Assembly: GCA_046318155.1 (NCBI GenBank)
Contig: JBKCUU010000123.1
Location: forward strand, 1 to 10,770
DNA length: 10,770 nucleotides
Direction: 5' to 3'
From: Bdellovibrio sp.
Lineage (GTDB): Bacteria > Bdellovibrionota > Bdellovibrionia > Bdellovibrionales > Bdellovibrionaceae
Below the pieces are notes generated by a model. That model searched no databases. It saw nothing but the letters and a program-made list of their open reading frames with translations, and was not told the origin of the DNA. Of the stretch, positions 6,894-10,770 are shown piece after piece. Position 1 is the first letter of the stretch. The number at the start of each line of letters is the position of its first letter. Made by a program: the position numbers and the translations under genes.

Positions 6894-7172
6894 ATGACCA
6901 AAGCAGATTTGATCAATTTGATATCTGAAAAAGCTGGAATTACTCGAGTCAAAGCCGAGACTGTTGTCAACACCATCTTTGATTCGATGGTCGAATCGCT
7001 GATGCGCGATGACCGTATCGAGATTCGTGGATTCGGTTCATTTGAAAACCGACGATACGGTTCTTACAAAGGCCGGAACCCTCGCACGGGTGAAGTCATC
7101 AACGTGAAAAAGAAAAAGGTTCCGTTTTTCAAAGTGGGCAAAGAGCTCAAAGAAGACGTCAACAAAGAATAG
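6894..7172 (+). CDS. ihfB: HU/IHF family nucleoid-associated protein, IHF-beta-like (92 aa)
   Basis: MTKADLI, RIEIRGFGSF, GRNPRTGE, VPFFKVGKELKE. RIEIRGFGSF and GKELK/R are IHF-beta-type features. SD AGGA 7 nt upstream. Confidence 0.88.
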   Translation: MTKADLINLISEKAGITRVKAETVVNTIFDSMVESLMRDDRIEIRGFGSFENRRYGSYKGRNPRTGEVINVKKKKVPFFKVGKELKEDVNKE

Positions 7173-7183
7173 GAATGCACTCA

Positions 7184-7200
7184 GTTACTTCGCAAGTGAC
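7184..7200. terminator. Small hairpin between the convergent ihf and epmA genes; weak terminator candidate
   Basis: GTTACTT-CGC-AAGTGAC, 7 bp including one G-U pair on the + strand; no proper U-tract. Confidence 0.25.
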
Positions 7201-7208
7201 CTCTTAAA

Positions 7209-8456
7209 TTATGAATTCTTCATTGGAAAGAGTCTGAGCTCTTGCAGGCGACTGAGATCTGTGAGCGCCATAAATAAACGCTCAAGCCCCAAGGCAATTC
7301 CTGCCGTTGGCGGCATGCCACTCTCGAGGGCTCGAAAAAAATCTTCATCTAAAGTAACCGCGCCCTTTCCAAGCTCGGCTTTTTTCTGCACGTCTTGGGC
7401 ACTTCGCTCACGCTGGATTTTGGGATCATTCAGCTCGTGGTAGGCATTGGCGAGCTCCATCCCCTTCCAGTACAGCTCAAACCGATCGCCCCAGCCCTCA
7501 GGCGTGAGCCGCGCAAGTGCCGCCTGAGAAGGCGGGTACTCAGCGACAAAGAGTGGAGATTTTGACGACAGACGCGGCTCAATTTTTTCGAGAAAGATTT
7601 GATAAAAGGCATCGTCAAAATCTGAAGACTCTTGGATTTGCAAACCTAACTTCTTGGCCAAAAGAATCAATTCTTTCGCCGTCGTTGTGACCTTCAGTTC
7701 AAAGCCCGTCTCTTGGGCAAACAGGTCTCGCATGGTGACATCGGTCGCCTTTTTTGAAAGCGGACGCTTCATTGATTTTTGTAAGAACCGAATCAAATCC
7801 AGACAGTCTTTTCGAATCACGCTCAAGTCCGCACCGGGGCGGTACCACTCCAGCATCAGAAACTCGGGCTGATGATGATCTGAAATTTCGCCGTTACGAA
7901 AACAAGAGCGGATTTCGAAAACCGAGCCATATCCAGCCGCCACTAGTTTTTTAAGGTGCAGCTCGGGACTCGTCGGTAAGAAGAAGCGTTCTTGCCGGCG
8001 GCCCATTTTAAACTCGGTCGTAAACGGGTCTAAATGAGGCTCGGTGCCAGGGCAGATCACCAAGGTCGGCGTTTGAACCTCTAAAAAATCACGGCGCTCA
8101 AAAAATTGCCGGACGCTTTTTAGAAATTGAGTCCACTGCTGTAAAGTTTGAGTTGAAACCGTTAAGGGGGCCGCCTCAGCGAGGTGCGGCGCCAGCAGCC
8201 CGAGATGTAAAATTCTTCTTTGAGCATCAAGCTCAACGCCAACCCAGTCGTGAACTCGAAAAAGCGAGAGCAGATCGGCCACGCTCCCCTGGCTCCCAGC
8301 AAATTCGAGCCGTGCCGTCGGCGCGAATTTGAGCGCGCTGCCGTCATGGAAACGCAGTTTTTTGAGTTCGACGGCTTGCAACTTGAGACACAGCTTGCGA
8401 GGGCCCACCTGAAAAGTGGGGTAATTCGCCTGGGCCAAAAGCTGCTCGCGCGTCAC
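7209..8456 (-). CDS. epmA: EF-P lysine aminoacylase EpmA (GenX/PoxA) with N-terminal extension (about 415 aa)
   Basis: VRQFF..RDFLEVQTP, PGTEPHLDPF, LPTSPELHLKKL, FRNGEISDHHQPEFLMLEWYR, YPPSQAALAR, RFELY...ELANAYHELND, GMPPTAGIALGLERL. Start placed at GTG 8456, which overlaps the upstream TGA (GTGA); start position is inferred. Confidence 0.92.
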   Translation of the reverse strand: MTREQLLAQANYPTFQVGPRKLCLKLQAVELKKLRFHDGSALKFAPTARLEFAGSQGSVADLLSLFRVHDWVGVELDAQRRILHLGLLAPHLAEAAPLTVSTQTLQQWTQFLKSVRQFFERRDFLEVQTPTLVICPGTEPHLDPFTTEFKMGRRQERFFLPTSPELHLKKLVAAGYGSVFEIRSCFRNGEISDHHQPEFLMLEWYRPGADLSVIRKDCLDLIRFLQKSMKRPLSKKATDVTMRDLFAQETGFELKVTTTAKELILLAKKLGLQIQESSDFDDAFYQIFLEKIEPRLSSKSPLFVAEYPPSQAALARLTPEGWGDRFELYWKGMELANAYHELNDPKIQRERSAQDVQKKAELGKGAVTLDEDFFRALESGMPPTAGIALGLERLFMALTDLSRLQELRLFPMKNS

Positions 8457-10600
8457 AGAGATACACCCGCAGGCATCATCACTCGGCTGCACTTTGGAGC
8501 CAGTACTGCCGACTTTTGAGAACGCGTGGGCCCTTCGCCTGGCGGCTTGTAATGAACGCTGGCGGGACTTGCGTCCATCACCGAGACCCAGCCCAATCGC
8601 AGCAGATCCGAAATTGTCATTTCTCCTGAGGCCCGAAGATTATGCCAAACTTGCTTGGAGTAGCGATTCGCCAAGCGCTTCGACAAATTCGACATGCGCA
8701 TTTTCGAACCTGAATCTTGCAAGAGCTTATCGAGAATCGCCAGACCGCGGTTCATTCCGATAAACTCATACGGGAACTGCAGGCCGCGCTCCATGGCCCA
8801 GGTGGACCAGTCGCTGATACCCCAAAGAGGATGGCGGCCTTGATCCATTTCTTTTGCTAAGGCATTAACGGCTGTTTCGAGCTGGGTAAAATTAAGTCCG
8901 TTGCGATTTTTATCGCTCATATCCCAAAGTGCGCGCGTGATGGCTGAGGGTTTCAAAATTTCGATGCCGGCACCTAAGAGCAAAAGCTGCTTTTGCAATT
9001 GAGCTGAAATCGTTCCGCCCATGCCAAAATCCAAAATGTTGACCTTCAATCCCGTCTCGCTGACATCGACCATGAAATTTCCTTGGTGCATATCGGCGTG
9101 GAAAAAACCTGATTTAAACAGGAGCTCCTCGAGCCAGACGCGAGCAATTTGCTCAACCACACCCCGTTTTAAATCCGGAATCGAGTCCTTGTAATCCTCG
9201 GCAACTGAATCTAGTTTTTTTCCTTTGATTAAGTCTGAAACCATCAGCAAAGAATTGCGATCATAGTCAAAGATTTCGGGAACTGAGATGTCCAAAGTAT
9301 TTTTGTAAGTTGATCCCTCAAAGAAACCGCGGGTGGTGTAAACCTCACGGCCTTTCAATTGGCGGACGATTGTTTCACGTAAGCTCAGTTCTTCACGCAC
9401 CGTCTTGGTCAGGTCTGAGACGATCGGAGCTAAAAGTGGAAACCCACCTTGGCGTAAAACGGGGTGAGCATCCAGTTTGGGCGCAATCAAAGTGAGGATG
9501 CGGTGATCCTCATCCACTCGTTGTTCGATACGTGGTTTTAAAAAGCGGATGACGACATCACGGCGGCCCTGGGCGGTTCGAATGCGCCCCTTATGCACTT
9601 GCGCCATCGTTCCTACGCCAAGAGGCTTAAGATCATAGTCCATCCATTGATAAGTCCCCCGTTCGCGCTCGATCATGTCTTGCACGATCATGGGCGGCAC
9701 CGACGGCGCTTTGGACTCAAGCTTACGAAAGATCTCGAGCAGATCGGCGCTCATGTTCGATTCGCGGGCGACGATCTGAAGTAATTTTTGAAATTGAGGG
9801 CCACCCGAAAGAATCATGATCTCGAACTTTTTCATGGGATCTAAGTTCAAGTCTTCGCCCATCAGACGCACCAGCACCAAAGCTTTGGTTTCGATCGACA
9901 TTTTGGCAAAGTACTCTTGAAAGATCAGGGTCAAAAAAGTTCTCATTTCGGGTGAAACGCCTTTGAGTTTGTCCGTCTTCGAAATCTCGTCGCCGATCCC
10001 TTCGATTTTAGCAAACTCTTGCTCAACCAAAACTTCAGTCTCGCGAAAGGCACGCAAAATGAGGTCACGCTTGGGCGCAAAGAAAAATTGAAACAAGGTG
10101 CCCGCGACCATTTTGAATTCGAGTCCCGTAATGGTGGGACCCAAGCGCTTGGTGAGCTCAGCCACGCGATTGAAGTGAAACAAATTAATTTGCGATTGGA
10201 TTTCGTTGTTCGCACCCTTCACAGTCAGGGGTGCGCGGAGACGACGCTGCTCGATCAATTCAATGTCACTTGTCACGCTATAGGAGTTGGGCCACGAACC
10301 TTGAAAGTGCCGCGCAAAATCAGCAAATCTGTGGACCTCAACGGTGCGCGCGGGTTTGGCAGAAGCTTCACGAACCTGCTTCTCAAGTTGATCGGCAAAT
10401 TTGAGTTTTTCCTCGTCGGACTTGCCCACTCCCGCCAAGAGATAGGCAAGCACGGTTCGTTCCTCAAAAGAAAGGAGTAGGGGTGTTTCCGTGCGGGGCG
10501 CCATTTCCACGGCGTAGACGTAAGAAGCCGCAAAGAGCATCGCTGCACTCTGGATGATGGTTAAAATTGCGATCCGCGAAACGTTCCACAACAGGCGCAT
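8453..10600 (-). CDS. AarF/UbiB/ABC1 family atypical kinase-like protein with a putative signal peptide (about 715 aa)
   Basis: GGPQFQKLLQ, PLGVGTMAQVHKG, VVIRFLKP, EELS, GFFHADMHQGNF and ILDFGM occur in UbiB order. ATG 10600 follows GAGAG and begins MRLLWNVSRIAILTIIQSAAMLFAASYVYA-VE. The extra 56 codons in the ORF track look non-coding. Confidence 0.85.
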   Translation of the reverse strand: MRLLWNVSRIAILTIIQSAAMLFAASYVYAVEMAPRTETPLLLSFEERTVLAYLLAGVGKSDEEKLKFADQLEKQVREASAKPARTVEVHRFADFARHFQGSWPNSYSVTSDIELIEQRRLRAPLTVKGANNEIQSQINLFHFNRVAELTKRLGPTITGLEFKMVAGTLFQFFFAPKRDLILRAFRETEVLVEQEFAKIEGIGDEISKTDKLKGVSPEMRTFLTLIFQEYFAKMSIETKALVLVRLMGEDLNLDPMKKFEIMILSGGPQFQKLLQIVARESNMSADLLEIFRKLESKAPSVPPMIVQDMIERERGTYQWMDYDLKPLGVGTMAQVHKGRIRTAQGRRDVVIRFLKPRIEQRVDEDHRILTLIAPKLDAHPVLRQGGFPLLAPIVSDLTKTVREELSLRETIVRQLKGREVYTTRGFFEGSTYKNTLDISVPEIFDYDRNSLLMVSDLIKGKKLDSVAEDYKDSIPDLKRGVVEQIARVWLEELLFKSGFFHADMHQGNFMVDVSETGLKVNILDFGMGGTISAQLQKQLLLLGAGIEILKPSAITRALWDMSDKNRNGLNFTQLETAVNALAKEMDQGRHPLWGISDWSTWAMERGLQFPYEFIGMNRGLAILDKLLQDSGSKMRMSNLSKRLANRYSKQVWHNLRASGEMTISDLLRLGWVSVMDASPASVHYKPPGEGPTRSQKSAVLAPKCSRVMMPAGVSL

Positions 10601-10651
10601 CGATCTCTCACTTTCAACGAGCTTCCTGGCCCCTGTGCAGGATCTCTGCCG

Positions 10652-10680
10652 TCCTCGGAAGATGATGAAGCGGTTCTTAA
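10652..10680 (-). promoter_or_regulatory. Possible sigma28 (FliA)-like promoter upstream of the kinase gene
   Basis: Minus strand TTAAG-N16-TCCGAGGA is a partial match to TAAA-N15-GCCGATAA, about 50 bp upstream of ATG 10600. Confidence 0.2.
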
Positions 10681-10770
10681 CCAAACTCTGCCGCCAAACT
10701 TTTCGACACCCCTGAAAATATGAGATAAGGCTAGGTGCCTGCTTCCCTTTGCAGAAGCGTTGCGCCACTG

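Noticed and set aside
7209..8456. Calling this gene lysS
   Set aside because: Too short for LysRS, and carries EpmA-type motifs (TEPHL, TSPE, EWYR, AALAR).
10601..10768. 56-codon N-terminal extension of the kinase, and short repeats CTCTGCCG and CCAAACT
   Set aside because: The extension looks like translated intergenic DNA and would bury the signal-like segment; the 7-8 bp repeats are too short to interpret.

Overview
Ordinary chromosomal window of roughly 50% GC, most likely from a Bdellovibrionales-like bacterium (inferred from gene content and protein style, not verified). A 5' alpha/beta-hydrolase gene on the minus strand (<1..1551, absent from the ORF track because it runs off the left edge) diverges from a tightly coupled plus-strand run: glutamate dehydrogenase, class 2 pyrD, MutT-type Nudix hydrolase, a degenerate GT-B protein and a GT4 glycosyltransferase. 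An IHF-beta-like gene with its own promoter follows. Converging from the right is a UbiB/ABC1-like atypical kinase coupled to an EpmA (GenX) that has an N-terminal extension. No mobile element, CRISPR array, tRNA or rRNA was seen. The most interesting signals are three exact copies of ATCTTTGAGACTGAT with competing hairpins directly against the gdh ribosome-binding site, a perfect IHF consensus site between the -10 box and RBS of the ihf gene, an apparently secreted UbiB-like kinase with altered signature motifs, an EpmA with a possible OB-fold remnant, and a pair of glycosyltransferases with degraded donor-binding motifs.
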